Part shown: positions 50,921 to 60,083 of the stretch, one piece after another
Position numbering within the stretch: position 1 is the first letter of the stretch
Layout of the letters: every line of letters starts with the position of its first letter
NCBI GenBank assembly: GCA_965279525.1
Contig: CBDIIB010000005.1
Coordinates: 1,152,001-1,216,000 of the forward strand
Reading direction: 5' to 3'
Source of the DNA: Tagaea sp.
GTDB taxonomy: Bacteria; Pseudomonadota; Alphaproteobacteria; CACIAM-22H2
Length of the DNA: 64,000 nucleotides
Made by a program: the position numbers and the translations under genes
The notes under the pieces: generated by a model
What the model was told of the DNA's origin: nothing
The model's input: the letters and a program-made list of their open reading frames with translations, nothing else
Database searches by the model: none

Positions 50921-51811
50921 TTAATTCAGTCGTTTTCCTGCGGCCTTCATCTTGTCGCTGACCCTAACCCAACCGCATTCTCGGATCACTTCTTCGTCGA
51001 TGCATTCCTTGCCGCTGTCGATTGCATACATGCTGGCTTTCTCGAGCAGCTTCCAGATGGGAAACAGCAACCCTTCGCCGAGACTGCAGATCAGACTGGA
51101 GAGTCCCGGGTTGGCCAGATTGGACTTCCGTCTGAGCGGGATTTGCTCCTCGAACGAAGCAAGCAGACGCCGAAACTGTACATCCGGATTCCAGCGCGGC
51201 AGTTCGATGACGTCCACGCGGCGTCTGATTTGTTCGTCATAATCAAGGTACTCGAGAACTGTCTCAACCCCGGCCATGACGATCGTAACACCCGTACTTT
51301 CCATCAAGTGCCGCAGCACAGCCAAGTATTGCCGTTTAGCCAAATCTTGGCCTTTGAATCCATCGTGTAGATCGTCAATTACAATCATCTTTATGCCGCC
51401 GCCCGAGAGCACCTTGACCACCTGTGCAAATTTTCGTGCAACATTATCGCTCGCACGATGAGGCGAATTAGTGGCAACAAGCAACGCGGTGTAGAGGCGA
51501 CCTTCACTGGGTTGAGGTGGTTGCTGAATCCGAATGACGGGGAACGATTTATCCGGATGCTTCTCGAGGTATTTTTTGCGCGCGCGCTTCAAGAATTCAT
51601 TAATTGTGTAGGTTTTTCCGTTTCCGGTATGAGCAACTATGGCCAGATGATCTCGTCTTGAACCTTCGCGATCCAAGCTAGTTTGAAGCCGTTTTAGAAT
51701 CTCCTTTGCGCGGTCATAGGGAATCCAAATTTCTTCCGTTTCTATATACAGCTTTCGCTCAGAAGCGCTTAAAGAGGCGATCTTGGCGGTCTTTTCATTG
51801 AGATGAGACAT
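50921..51811 (-). CDS. tnsC: TnsC/TniB AAA+ ATPase
   Basis: WIPY.RA, AHTGNGKT, P..P.E.RLY, MIVIDDLH, D.QI.RR, LP.W, F.RLLASFE..IPLR..SNL. Confidence 0.92.
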   Translation of the reverse strand: MSHLNEKTAKIASLSASERKLYIETEEIWIPYDRAKEILKRLQTSLDREGSRRDHLAIVAHTGNGKTYTINEFLKRARKKYLEKHPDKSFPVIRIQQPPQPSEGRLYTALLVATNSPHRASDNVARKFAQVVKVLSGGGIKMIVIDDLHDGFKGQDLAKRQYLAVLRHLMESTGVTIVMAGVETVLEYLDYDEQIRRRVDVIELPRWNPDVQFRRLLASFEEQIPLRRKSNLANPGLSSLICSLGEGLLFPIWKLLEKASMYAIDSGKECIDEEVIRECGWVRVSDKMKAAGKRLN

Positions 51812-51813
51812 GG

Positions 51814-53676
51814 CTATTCGTCTTCTTCGTCAAATGGCTTGATCTCGATATCGTCCTGAGGCGGTTGCCGATCGGGAATACTTGGCTTGTTAGGATCATT
51901 CTTGCGTATCTGCAGATCCGGTGGTGACGTCCGCGAAGCTTCCGCTTGCCGCCTGGCGCGCTTTGCATCTCTTGTTTTCTTCGTTTCTTCGACGATAATT
52001 TGCTGCTTCAGGCGAATGTGCGCAATGAGGGCTTCTTCGGTCTTTTTTCCGACCTGCGCCTTGTCTAACGCGTCATAGGCTTCTTTGTAGATGGGATCGC
52101 TAATTCTCGGGTTGGCCGGGTTTGCAAAGCTGATGGGAAAATAGCGCTTTTTCTCCGGATGGAGAAAATAAATGGGCGAATAATCGGTCGGATCTCTTCT
52201 GACAATGAACTTACCATCCTCTCTCGTCGGATTCTTTTGCAATACCCATTTGCTAAGGATCGGATCGGTATACTTCAAAAGATTTAGTCGAATTCCATAC
52301 TTCTGAACGGTGACAAGTTTGAGAGGGAGCAGGCCGATTCGCAGAGCTTCTTTCTCTTCGTATGTAGCGTACATACGCTGGAATCGATCAGAGAAGTAGT
52401 TCTCGTTCTTAACCGCCAAGTCGAAATGCTGTAGCGGCGTCAATCCGCCGTTCAATGGACTATTGTGATATTCAACGCAGATCTTGCTGATCAGGATCTT
52501 CTCCAGAGCGCGTACTGTGAGAACGGCTTTACCTTCACTGTCGTAATTTCCACGCTTTTCGATATTCGCCTTGGTCGTTCCGGGTAACGAGTGGAGTTCA
52601 TCACTAATCAATTTCATGAAGCTTTCGACATGGCCGCCGAATCGAGGTGCTCCGACCGGCCTGAACTTCTGTTGGATGTCGAGTTCTCTCAGACTTTCCG
52701 ATAGAGAGTGCGACCTCAAATCCGAGCCATTGTCCGAGTGAAGAATGTAAGGCGTGCCCCATATCGGCCAAACAGCAACCACACCGATCGACTTCAGATA
52801 CTCGTCCTTCGGCATCATGCATCTGAAGAGACACATACCAACTACGTCGGCCGACGGCTTATTCAAGCCGACCAGCAAGCCAACGCACATTCCCGTGTAG
52901 ACATCGACAGCCGCTGTAATCGTCGCGCGGCCAATCGGCCGATAATAAACTTCATCGACCAGAATTACGTCGGACTCCGTATGATCGATTTGCACGACTT
53001 CGAGAATGCGGGTCGCATCCGGGAAGGTACCCTTGTTAAGTTCGTAAATCGCGTGTGCCTCGGAATATCCGGATCTTTTTCTAACTTTGTTTCTACCTGG
53101 AATAACTGCGACCCGTCGCGTGACCGTTTTGATATTTGGCTTGGGTGCGCCGACCGCATTGCACGCCTCAACGATACTTTTGTAGAGATGCTTTATCGAT
53201 ATCCGCCGGTCTGTCAGATAGTCGGAATTGATTTTTGCAGTGATGACTGCATCAGTTTTAGGATCGAGTCTCCATTTACCCTTTCCCCCTGGCCGCATGG
53301 GTGGCGCGAACGCAAAACTGCTATTCGTCTCGCGCCATCTATTCAGCCTTCGGCGAATGTTTGTTCTATCTAGGCCGACTTCCTTTTCCTTTTCGGCCAT
53401 CAATTTCCCTGGGATACGACGAAGTCTTGCCAGCGGCAAGAGCGCATCCATCAGTTTGACGGTGGCGGCGCGCTGCTTTTCGTTCAGCGTCTCGCTTAAT
53501 GGAAGTGATCTGTCGACGGATTCGAGTGGCGACTTGAGTTTCGTTATTGCAACGATCCTCTTTTCGCCATTGTCGAAATCGACCATTACCTCCGTCGAAC
53601 CGACGCGATAGAGGATTTGGCCGGCCCTTGCGCCGACTTTTACGCGCGTGCCCGCTTCGATCGTGATCCCGGCCAT
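51814..53676 (-). CDS. tnsB: TnsB/TniA DDE transposase
   Basis: VQIDHT..D, AVDVYT, LHSDNG.D, GGHVE.F, YHN, RRDP.D.S; ATG 53676 (ORF opens 53859). Confidence 0.95.
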   Translation of the reverse strand: MAGITIEAGTRVKVGARAGQILYRVGSTEVMVDFDNGEKRIVAITKLKSPLESVDRSLPLSETLNEKQRAATVKLMDALLPLARLRRIPGKLMAEKEKEVGLDRTNIRRRLNRWRETNSSFAFAPPMRPGGKGKWRLDPKTDAVITAKINSDYLTDRRISIKHLYKSIVEACNAVGAPKPNIKTVTRRVAVIPGRNKVRKRSGYSEAHAIYELNKGTFPDATRILEVVQIDHTESDVILVDEVYYRPIGRATITAAVDVYTGMCVGLLVGLNKPSADVVGMCLFRCMMPKDEYLKSIGVVAVWPIWGTPYILHSDNGSDLRSHSLSESLRELDIQQKFRPVGAPRFGGHVESFMKLISDELHSLPGTTKANIEKRGNYDSEGKAVLTVRALEKILISKICVEYHNSPLNGGLTPLQHFDLAVKNENYFSDRFQRMYATYEEKEALRIGLLPLKLVTVQKYGIRLNLLKYTDPILSKWVLQKNPTREDGKFIVRRDPTDYSPIYFLHPEKKRYFPISFANPANPRISDPIYKEAYDALDKAQVGKKTEEALIAHIRLKQQIIVEETKKTRDAKRARRQAEASRTSPPDLQIRKNDPNKPSIPDRQPPQDDIEIKPFDEEDE

Positions 53677-54335
53677 ATTTCCCAATCGTAAATCAGCGAT
53701 TCCGAGGTGAGTTTCTTTTCGACATCCCACACGAGAAATCGATTCAAAAGAATCCAATATAGAGATGCCTTGACGTTCCCTGGCGTCTTCACGGCCTCCC
53801 TGGTCTTGGTCAAGAGTTGGCCGAACGGAATCCCATCTTTCGTTTTTGCAAGCATACACGCCGTCTTGATAACGCCCTCGGGTATCTCCGCGTGGGCGTG
53901 TGGTAGAAGCAGCTTTGCATTTTCGAGCTTCGGGATTCGTATTTCATCCTCAGTCACAATTTCATGCGTGACACCGAACTTACGGCAGTGATTGGAAACC
54001 GCCTTGAATCGCGCAGCAAAAGTCGGATCTGCCATATCGGCGTCCTCCTTCCGACGGACCTCGTAAACGACAGCCTTGATCTCGCGGTTGTCGATCGGCC
54101 CCTGAAGCCTCGAGACGATGAAATCGGGGGTGCAATTATACGTTCGCCCTGACGGGTGTTTGTAATGCAGCGTGAAAGGCTGGCTGCGAATATCCAGAGT
54201 CAAGGGATCGAATTTTGTCAGCAGCACGAAATCCTGCTCAAGCGGCCCTTCTACCTCAATGGATTCATTTGCGAATCCAGGAATACGAGCGGTCGGCTGA
54301 AGGCGTCCGACAGGAACTTTGCGGCGAGGGATCAT
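53640..54335 (-). CDS. tnsA: TnsA-like endonuclease
   Basis: E..LEQDF..L..FD......QPF.L.Y......TPDF.V...YEVR, TEDEIR...LEN...L. Confidence 0.88.
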   Translation of the reverse strand: MIPRRKVPVGRLQPTARIPGFANESIEVEGPLEQDFVLLTKFDPLTLDIRSQPFTLHYKHPSGRTYNCTPDFIVSRLQGPIDNREIKAVVYEVRRKEDADMADPTFAARFKAVSNHCRKFGVTHEIVTEDEIRIPKLENAKLLLPHAHAEIPEGVIKTACMLAKTKDGIPFGQLLTKTREAVKTPGNVKASLYWILLNRFLVWDVEKKLTSESLIYDWEIWPGSRSKRARA

Positions 54336-54419
54336 GGGTTTTCCTAACTCGTGCGTTATCTTGAGGGTATTTTCTATCTAGTGCAATGACTATTGGTTTC
54401 AAAATGCGATTTCTCAGTC

Positions 54420-54472
54420 ATTTCGTATGCCGTAGCGGCGTAAATCTCGGGCGAATACTTTGGGAGTTTCCA
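54420..54472 (-). repeat. right (tnsA-proximal) transposon end
   Basis: Reverse complement TGGAAACTCCCAAAGTATTCGCCCGAGAT matches the left end at 21/29 positions; second CGAAAT core further in. Confidence 0.85.
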
Positions 54473-55156
54473 GGCGGCCCGCGCGCCAAACCCGGCGAGG
54501 TCAGCCTCGCGCATCTGGGCGTGCTGTTCCTCGACGAGCTGCCGGAGTTTCCGCGCGCGGCCCTCGAAGCGCTGCGCCAGCCGCTGGAAACGGGCCGCGC
54601 CATCGTCGCGCGCGCACAGGCGCATGTCGCCTATCCGGCGCGCGTGCAGCTCGTCGCGGCGATGAACCCGTGCCGCTGCGGCCATCTCGACGATCCGGTG
54701 CAGGCCTGCGGGCGCGCCCCCAAATGTGCTTCGGAGTACCAGTCGCGCATCTCCGGCCCGCTGTTCGACCGCATCGACCTGCATGTCGACGTGCCCCCGG
54801 TGCATGCGCGCGACCTGTCGCTGCCGCCGCCGGCCGAGGGGACGGCCGAAGTCGCCGACCGCGTGGCCGAAGCGCGCAACCGCCAGCATGAACGTTTCGC
54901 GTCGCTGCCGGCCGGGAACCGCCCGCGCTCCAACGCCGAACTCGACGGCCGCGCGCTCGAGGAACTTGCCGCCCCCGAGCCCGCCGGACGGCGCCTGCTC
55001 GACGAGGCGGCCGAGCGCATGCGCCTGTCGGCGCGCGGCTACCACCGCGTGATGCGCGTCGCGCGCACGCTCGCCGACCTCGATGCCGCCCGCACCCCGT
55101 CGCGCACCCACGTGGCCGAGGCGCTGGGCTACCGGCGGGTGCGATTCGCAAATTGA
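54473..55156 (+). pseudogene. comM: ComM/YifB 3' part (begins with right TSD copy GGCGG 54473-54477)
   Basis: GGPRAKPGEVSLAHLGVLFLDELPEF, LRQPLE.G, AAMNPC.CG, RISGPL.DRID, LSARGYHRV..VART.ADL. Confidence 0.96.
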
Positions 55157-55249
55157 AATTAAATAGTTAAGCGACCCGGCCCCGGGTGCCGGAAAGCTTG
55201 TCCGACGCGACTCCCGCCATATACAATTCTTGTGTGTGATGGAGGTTTT

Positions 55250-55552
55250 ATGGGGGGCGATTCGGCAATCGACCGGTTGGAGCTTCCCGCGACCGGCGAA
55301 TTGGCCGCGCTCGGCAGCCTGAAGACGGTCCTGCTCGACAGGCTGGCAGCCGGCCAAGCCGTCCATCTCGACGCGCGCCATGTCCACGAGCCGTCGACCG
55401 CCCTCGTCCAGCTCGTCGAATCCGCCGCCGTCGCGTTCGGGGCGCGCGAGCTTGCCTTCGGTCTCGTCGAGCCGTCCGACGCGCTTTGTTCGGCCTACGA
55501 GGATCTCGGGCTGTTCGGCTCGCTGATGTCGCGCATCGCGGTCGCGGGTTAG
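55250..55552 (+). CDS. STAS-domain protein of chemotaxis operon
   Basis: GGAGG SD; about 100 aa, LDA..V....TA.VQL..SA pattern, first gene before cheA. Confidence 0.75.
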   Translation: MGGDSAIDRLELPATGELAALGSLKTVLLDRLAAGQAVHLDARHVHEPSTALVQLVESAAVAFGARELAFGLVEPSDALCSAYEDLGLFGSLMSRIAVAG

Positions 55553-55559
55553 CGGCGCG

Positions 55560-57623
55560 ATGAGCTCGGAAGAAGAAGATCTCCAGCGCATCTTTTTCCT
55601 CGAATGCGAGGAGCTGGTCGCCAGTGCCGAACAGAGCGTCGAGACGCTGCGCGCCGGCGGGGCGCCCGACGACGCGATCAACGCGCTGTTCCGCGCGGTC
55701 CATTCGATCAAGGGCGGGGCCGGCGCCTTCGGCCTCGACCGGCTGGCGAAGTTCGCGCACGCGTTCGAATCCTTCATGGACCTGCTGCGCAAGGGCAAGG
55801 CCACGCTCGACGCCGCCGCCATCGACCTGCTGTTCGACGGCGTGGACGTGCTGCGCATGCTGGTCGACGAGGCCCAGCACGGCACGCCGGCCCCACCCCA
55901 GCGTTACGACGCGGCCTTCACGGCCCTGCGCAAGGCGGCCGGGCTCGAAGCCGCACCAGGCGAAGCGGAACCCGAACCCGCCGCCGCCGATCCGACCGCC
56001 GGGATCGTGTTCGACGAACTGCCGGCCGCACCGCAGCGCCAATACCGCATCGTCCTTGCACCCGGCCCGCGCATGATGCTGGCCGGCGTCGATCCGCTGC
56101 GCGTCATCGCCAATCTGAAAGCACTCGGCAGCGTGTCGGTCGAGATCGACGCGTCCGGCCTGCCGGCCCTCGAAGCGCTCGATCCGGCCGTGTGCCATTT
56201 CCGCTGGACCGTGAATCTCGAATCGTCCGCACCGCGCGCCGACATCGACGAAATCGTCGAGATGATCGACGACCTGGCCGATGTCGCGATCGAGGACCTC
56301 ACGCCACCCGAACCCGAAGCGGTACCCGAGCCCGTCGTGGCGGCGGCGGCGGTGGCAGCGACGGCGGCAGCACCGGCAGCGGAACCTGCGGCACAAGCAC
56401 CCGACGCGCGGCGCGAGAAGCCGGTCGCCACGGTGCGCGTCGACGTGCCCAAGCTCGAACGGCTGGGCAACATGGTGGGCGAGCTCATCATCACGCAGGC
56501 TTTCCTCGCGCGCCAGGCAAGCGACCTCGACACCGAGAAGCACCGCCGCCTGTTCCGCGCCCTCGACGAGATGTCGCAGCACATCCGCGATCTGGCCGAC
56601 GCCGCGACGTCGATCCGCGCGCAGCCGCTGAAGGTCGTGTTCTCGCGTTTCGGGGCGCTGGTGCGCGATCTGGAGAAATCCACCGGCAAGCGCATCCGGC
56701 TCGAGGTCTCGGGCGAAGGCACGGAGATCGACAAGACCGTCGTCGAGCGGCTGAGCGAACCGCTCACGCACCTGATCCGCAACTCGATCGATCACGGGAT
56801 CGAGTCTGCCGAAAAGCGCCTCGCCGCCGGCAAGGACCCGGTCGGGCTCCTGAAGCTCAGCGCCGAACAGCGCGGCACGCACGTGGCCATCGAGCTTTCC
56901 GACGACGGGGCCGGCGTCAACCGGCCGCGCGTGCTCGCCAAGGCGATCGAGCGCGGGCTTGTCGCACAAGGGGCCGCCTTGAGCGACCAGGAGATCGACG
57001 ACCTGCTGTTCGTGCCCGGCTTTTCCACCGCCGAGGCGGTCACGTCGGTCTCCGGGCGCGGCGTGGGCATGGATGCCGTGCGCGCGACCATCGCCGAGAT
57101 GGGCGGGCAGGTCGGGCTCGTGTCGCGCACCGGTCTTGGCACCACCTTCTCGCTCCACCTGCCGCTGTCGCTGGCCATCCTCGACGCGATGGTGACGCTC
57201 GTGGGGCTGCACAGCTACCTGATCCCGACCAGCGCCATCATCGAGAGCCTGCGCCCGCAGGCCGCGGCCCTCGTGCGCATGGACGGGCAGAACACGCTGC
57301 TCGCCTGGCGCGGCTCGATGCTGCGCATCCTGTCGCTGGGCACGGAATTCTCGGTGCCGGGTGCCGTGGAGGATCCCACGCGCGGCATCCTCGTCATCGT
57401 CAAGCCGGCGGGCGGCGAGCTGCTCGCATTGCAGGTCGACGACCTGATCGGCCAGGAGCCGGTCGTGGTGAAGAGCCTGGAGCGCAACTACCGCAAGGTC
57501 CGCGGCATTTCCGGCGCCACGATCCTTGGCGACGGGCGGCCGGCACTGATCCTCGATCTTCCGGCCCTGGGTGCGGTGATGGCGCGGCGGCCCCGGGCCG
57601 AAGCCGGCGCGAACGCGGGATGA
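55560..57623 (+). CDS. cheA: chemotaxis histidine kinase CheA
   Basis: FRAVHSIKGGAG Hpt, HLIRNSIDHGIE, DDGAG, PGFSTA..V..VSGRGVGMD, CheW domain. Confidence 0.97.
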   Translation: MSSEEEDLQRIFFLECEELVASAEQSVETLRAGGAPDDAINALFRAVHSIKGGAGAFGLDRLAKFAHAFESFMDLLRKGKATLDAAAIDLLFDGVDVLRMLVDEAQHGTPAPPQRYDAAFTALRKAAGLEAAPGEAEPEPAAADPTAGIVFDELPAAPQRQYRIVLAPGPRMMLAGVDPLRVIANLKALGSVSVEIDASGLPALEALDPAVCHFRWTVNLESSAPRADIDEIVEMIDDLADVAIEDLTPPEPEAVPEPVVAAAAVAATAAAPAAEPAAQAPDARREKPVATVRVDVPKLERLGNMVGELIITQAFLARQASDLDTEKHRRLFRALDEMSQHIRDLADAATSIRAQPLKVVFSRFGALVRDLEKSTGKRIRLEVSGEGTEIDKTVVERLSEPLTHLIRNSIDHGIESAEKRLAAGKDPVGLLKLSAEQRGTHVAIELSDDGAGVNRPRVLAKAIERGLVAQGAALSDQEIDDLLFVPGFSTAEAVTSVSGRGVGMDAVRATIAEMGGQVGLVSRTGLGTTFSLHLPLSLAILDAMVTLVGLHSYLIPTSAIIESLRPQAAALVRMDGQNTLLAWRGSMLRILSLGTEFSVPGAVEDPTRGILVIVKPAGGELLALQVDDLIGQEPVVVKSLERNYRKVRGISGATILGDGRPALILDLPALGAVMARRPRAEAGANAG

Positions 57624-58138
57624 AAAAAATGGAGCCGATGGAAACCGATCGCCAGAAGCAGGCCGGCAGCGAGGGCCCCGAATCGCAGTTCGTCACGTTC
57701 GAGATCGGCGCGCACACGTTCCTGATCCCGATCGAACGCGTCGTCGAGTTCCGCACGTGGACCGAGCCCACGTCGGTGCCGCACACGCCGGCTTACGTGC
57801 GCGGCATCGTCAACATCCGCGGCGAGATCGTGCCCGTCTACGACGTGGCCGCCCGCCTCGGGCGCGGGATGACCGAGCCGGGGGCACGCCATGTCGTCGT
57901 GATCGTGCGCGGCGAGGATTCCCGCTCGGTCGGGCTGCTCGTCGATTCGGTGACCGACATCGTCAACGCGCGGCCCGACAACATGGCGCCGATGCCCAAG
58001 ATCGAGGGCGGCGACGCCACGCCGTTCATGTCGGGCGTCGTCTTCGCCGAGGAACGCATCCTGGGCGTGACCGACGTCGACCGGCTGGTGACGGAAGCGT
58101 TTCCGGACGGCGTCGAGCCGGCGGGGCCACTTGCATGA
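57620..58138 (+). CDS. cheW: chemotaxis adaptor CheW
   Basis: FVTF.I, T.VPH.P.YVRGIVNIRGEIVPV, GLLVDSV.D. Confidence 0.95.
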   Translation: MKKMEPMETDRQKQAGSEGPESQFVTFEIGAHTFLIPIERVVEFRTWTEPTSVPHTPAYVRGIVNIRGEIVPVYDVAARLGRGMTEPGARHVVVIVRGEDSRSVGLLVDSVTDIVNARPDNMAPMPKIEGGDATPFMSGVVFAEERILGVTDVDRLVTEAFPDGVEPAGPLA

Positions 58139-58151
58139 CGGAACGGGCTGC

Positions 58152-59003
58152 ATGACCGAACCGGCACTTCGCGACATCGCCGCCGCATCGACGGCGGCCG
58201 GCCCCGCCTTCGAGGCCCGCGACATGCGGTTCTTCGCCGACGGCGTGCGCCAGCGCATCGGCGTCGTGCTGCCCGACGCGAAGGCGGCACTGGTGTTCAG
58301 GCGGCTGGCACCGCGCGTGCGCGAGCTGGGGTTCGACACGTTCGCGCGCTACCGCGAGCATCTTGCCGATCCGCACGACGCCGAGTGGGAACGCGTCGTG
58401 GCGCTGCTGACGACCAACCATTCGCGCTTCTTCCGCGAGATCCACCATTTCAAGCTGCTGTCGCGCCATCTGGAAGAGGCGTTCGGGCGCGGCGTCAAGC
58501 GCATGCGCCTGTGGTCGGCCGCGTGCGCCGCCGGCCAGGAACCCTATTCGATGGCGATGCTGGTGGCGCACCTCAAGCAGGGGCGGCCCGAGATCGACGC
58601 GCGCGTGCTGGCAACCGACGTGGACCGCACGGTGCTGGAAGCCGCATCGGTCGGCCGCTATGCGCCCGAAGACGTCGGCCATCTGCCGCGCTTCGCCAGG
58701 CCCTACATGACGCAGGAGGCCGACGGCACGTCGACCGTGACCGGGCTTCCGCGCGATCTCGTGCGCTTCCGCTACCACAACCTGATCGGCGGCGAATGGC
58801 CGATGCGCGGCCCCTTCGACGCGATCTTCTGCCGCAACGTGCTGATCTATCTGGCACCGGACGACCAGACGAAAATCATCAAGCGGCTTGCGCGCCTGCT
58901 GAAGGTCGGGGGCATCCTGTGCCTCGGCCATTCGGAAATCGCGCGCACCGAGGACATGCCCATCAAGCGGATAGAGGTTTCGAGCAGTTATGTCAGGATC
59001 TGA
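58152..59003 (+). CDS. cheR: chemotaxis methyltransferase CheR
   Basis: TTN.S.FFRE..HF, WSAAC..GQEPYS, ATD, FDAIFCRNVLIY, GHSE. Confidence 0.96.
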   Translation: MTEPALRDIAAASTAAGPAFEARDMRFFADGVRQRIGVVLPDAKAALVFRRLAPRVRELGFDTFARYREHLADPHDAEWERVVALLTTNHSRFFREIHHFKLLSRHLEEAFGRGVKRMRLWSAACAAGQEPYSMAMLVAHLKQGRPEIDARVLATDVDRTVLEAASVGRYAPEDVGHLPRFARPYMTQEADGTSTVTGLPRDLVRFRYHNLIGGEWPMRGPFDAIFCRNVLIYLAPDDQTKIIKRLARLLKVGGILCLGHSEIARTEDMPIKRIEVSSSYVRI

Positions 59004-60081
59004 GTCCCCGGCCACCGGACGTCGGCCGGCACGCGTCCTCATCATCGACGATTCGGCACTCGTGCGCGAGATGCTGACGGGCATCCTTTCGGCCGACCCC
59101 GATCTCGAGGTCGTGGGCACGGCACCCGACCCGATCATCGCGCGCGACAAGATCAAGCTTCTCAATCCCGACGTGCTGACGCTCGACGTGGAGATGCCGC
59201 GAATGAACGGCATCGAGTTCCTCGAACGGCTGATGCGCATGCGCCCGATGCCGGTCGTGATGATCTCGACGCTGACCCAGGACGGGGCCGACACCACGCT
59301 GCGCGCGCTGGAGCTGGGTGCGGTCGACTATGTCGCCAAGCCCACGCAGCGCCTGAGCGAATCCTTCGACCAGCTGAAGCTCGAGATCTGCACGAAGGTG
59401 AAGACGGCCGCGGCCGCGCGCGTGCGCGGCATGCCGTCGGCACGGCCGGCTTCCGCACCCGCCGCAGCCGTCGCCGGCGAGCCGACGCGCTTCGGCCATC
59501 TCGACGTCGTCGCGATCGGCGCATCCACCGGCGGGGTCGAGGCGATCGGCGAGATCCTCGCGGCCGTACCGACCGATGCACCGGGCATCGTCGTCGTCCA
59601 GCATCTGCCGGCGAACTTCACCGGCCGGTTCGCCGCCCGCCTCGACGCCACGCTGGCGCTGAAGGTGGTCGAGGCGGCCGACGGTGCCGCGATCCTGCCG
59701 GGTAGCGTGCATGTCGGGCGCGGCGGCCAGCATCTTGAGGTCGCGCGCGATGCCGCCGGCCGGCCGGTGTGCCGGCTGGTCGACGGTCCGGCGGAATCCG
59801 GGCACCTGCCGTCGATCGACCGGCTGTTCCGTTCGCTCGCCCCCTTCGGCCGGCGCGCGGCGGGCATCATCCTCACCGGCATGGGGCGCGACGGCGTGCT
59901 CGGCCTCAAGGCCATGCGCGACGCCGGCGCCCTCACCATCGCGCAGGACGCCGCCACGTCGGTCGTCTACGGCATGCCGCGCGCGGCCGCCGAAGCCGGT
60001 GCTGCCCGGCTCGAACTTCCGCTGTCGCGCATCGCCGCGGCGATGCTTGAACCCGCCACAACCCCGGACGGAGTTAACTGA
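58990..60081 (+). CDS. cheB: chemotaxis methylesterase CheB
   Basis: REC domain + IGASTGG, QH.P, PSID.LF, ILTGMG.DG, VYGMP. Confidence 0.96.
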   Translation: MSGSESPATGRRPARVLIIDDSALVREMLTGILSADPDLEVVGTAPDPIIARDKIKLLNPDVLTLDVEMPRMNGIEFLERLMRMRPMPVVMISTLTQDGADTTLRALELGAVDYVAKPTQRLSESFDQLKLEICTKVKTAAAARVRGMPSARPASAPAAAVAGEPTRFGHLDVVAIGASTGGVEAIGEILAAVPTDAPGIVVVQHLPANFTGRFAARLDATLALKVVEAADGAAILPGSVHVGRGGQHLEVARDAAGRPVCRLVDGPAESGHLPSIDRLFRSLAPFGRRAAGIILTGMGRDGVLGLKAMRDAGALTIAQDAATSVVYGMPRAAAEAGAARLELPLSRIAAAMLEPATTPDGVN

Positions 60082-60083
60082 AC

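Larger units (their letters stand above)
11183..54472 (-). mobile_element. Tn7-like (Tn6022/AbaR-type, comM-targeting) transposon, 43,290 bp
   Basis: tnsA-tnsB-tnsC and tniQ genes, TG...CA ends with ~29-bp imperfect inverted repeat, 5-bp TSD, in-frame restoration of comM, GC drop at both junctions. Confidence 0.95.

Noticed and set aside
11183-54472. CRISPR-associated transposon (CAST)
   Set aside because: No Cas-like ORF and no repeat-spacer array seen in any intergenic region (13152-13484, 35170-35571, 41875-42222, 46314-46454, 49734-49900)
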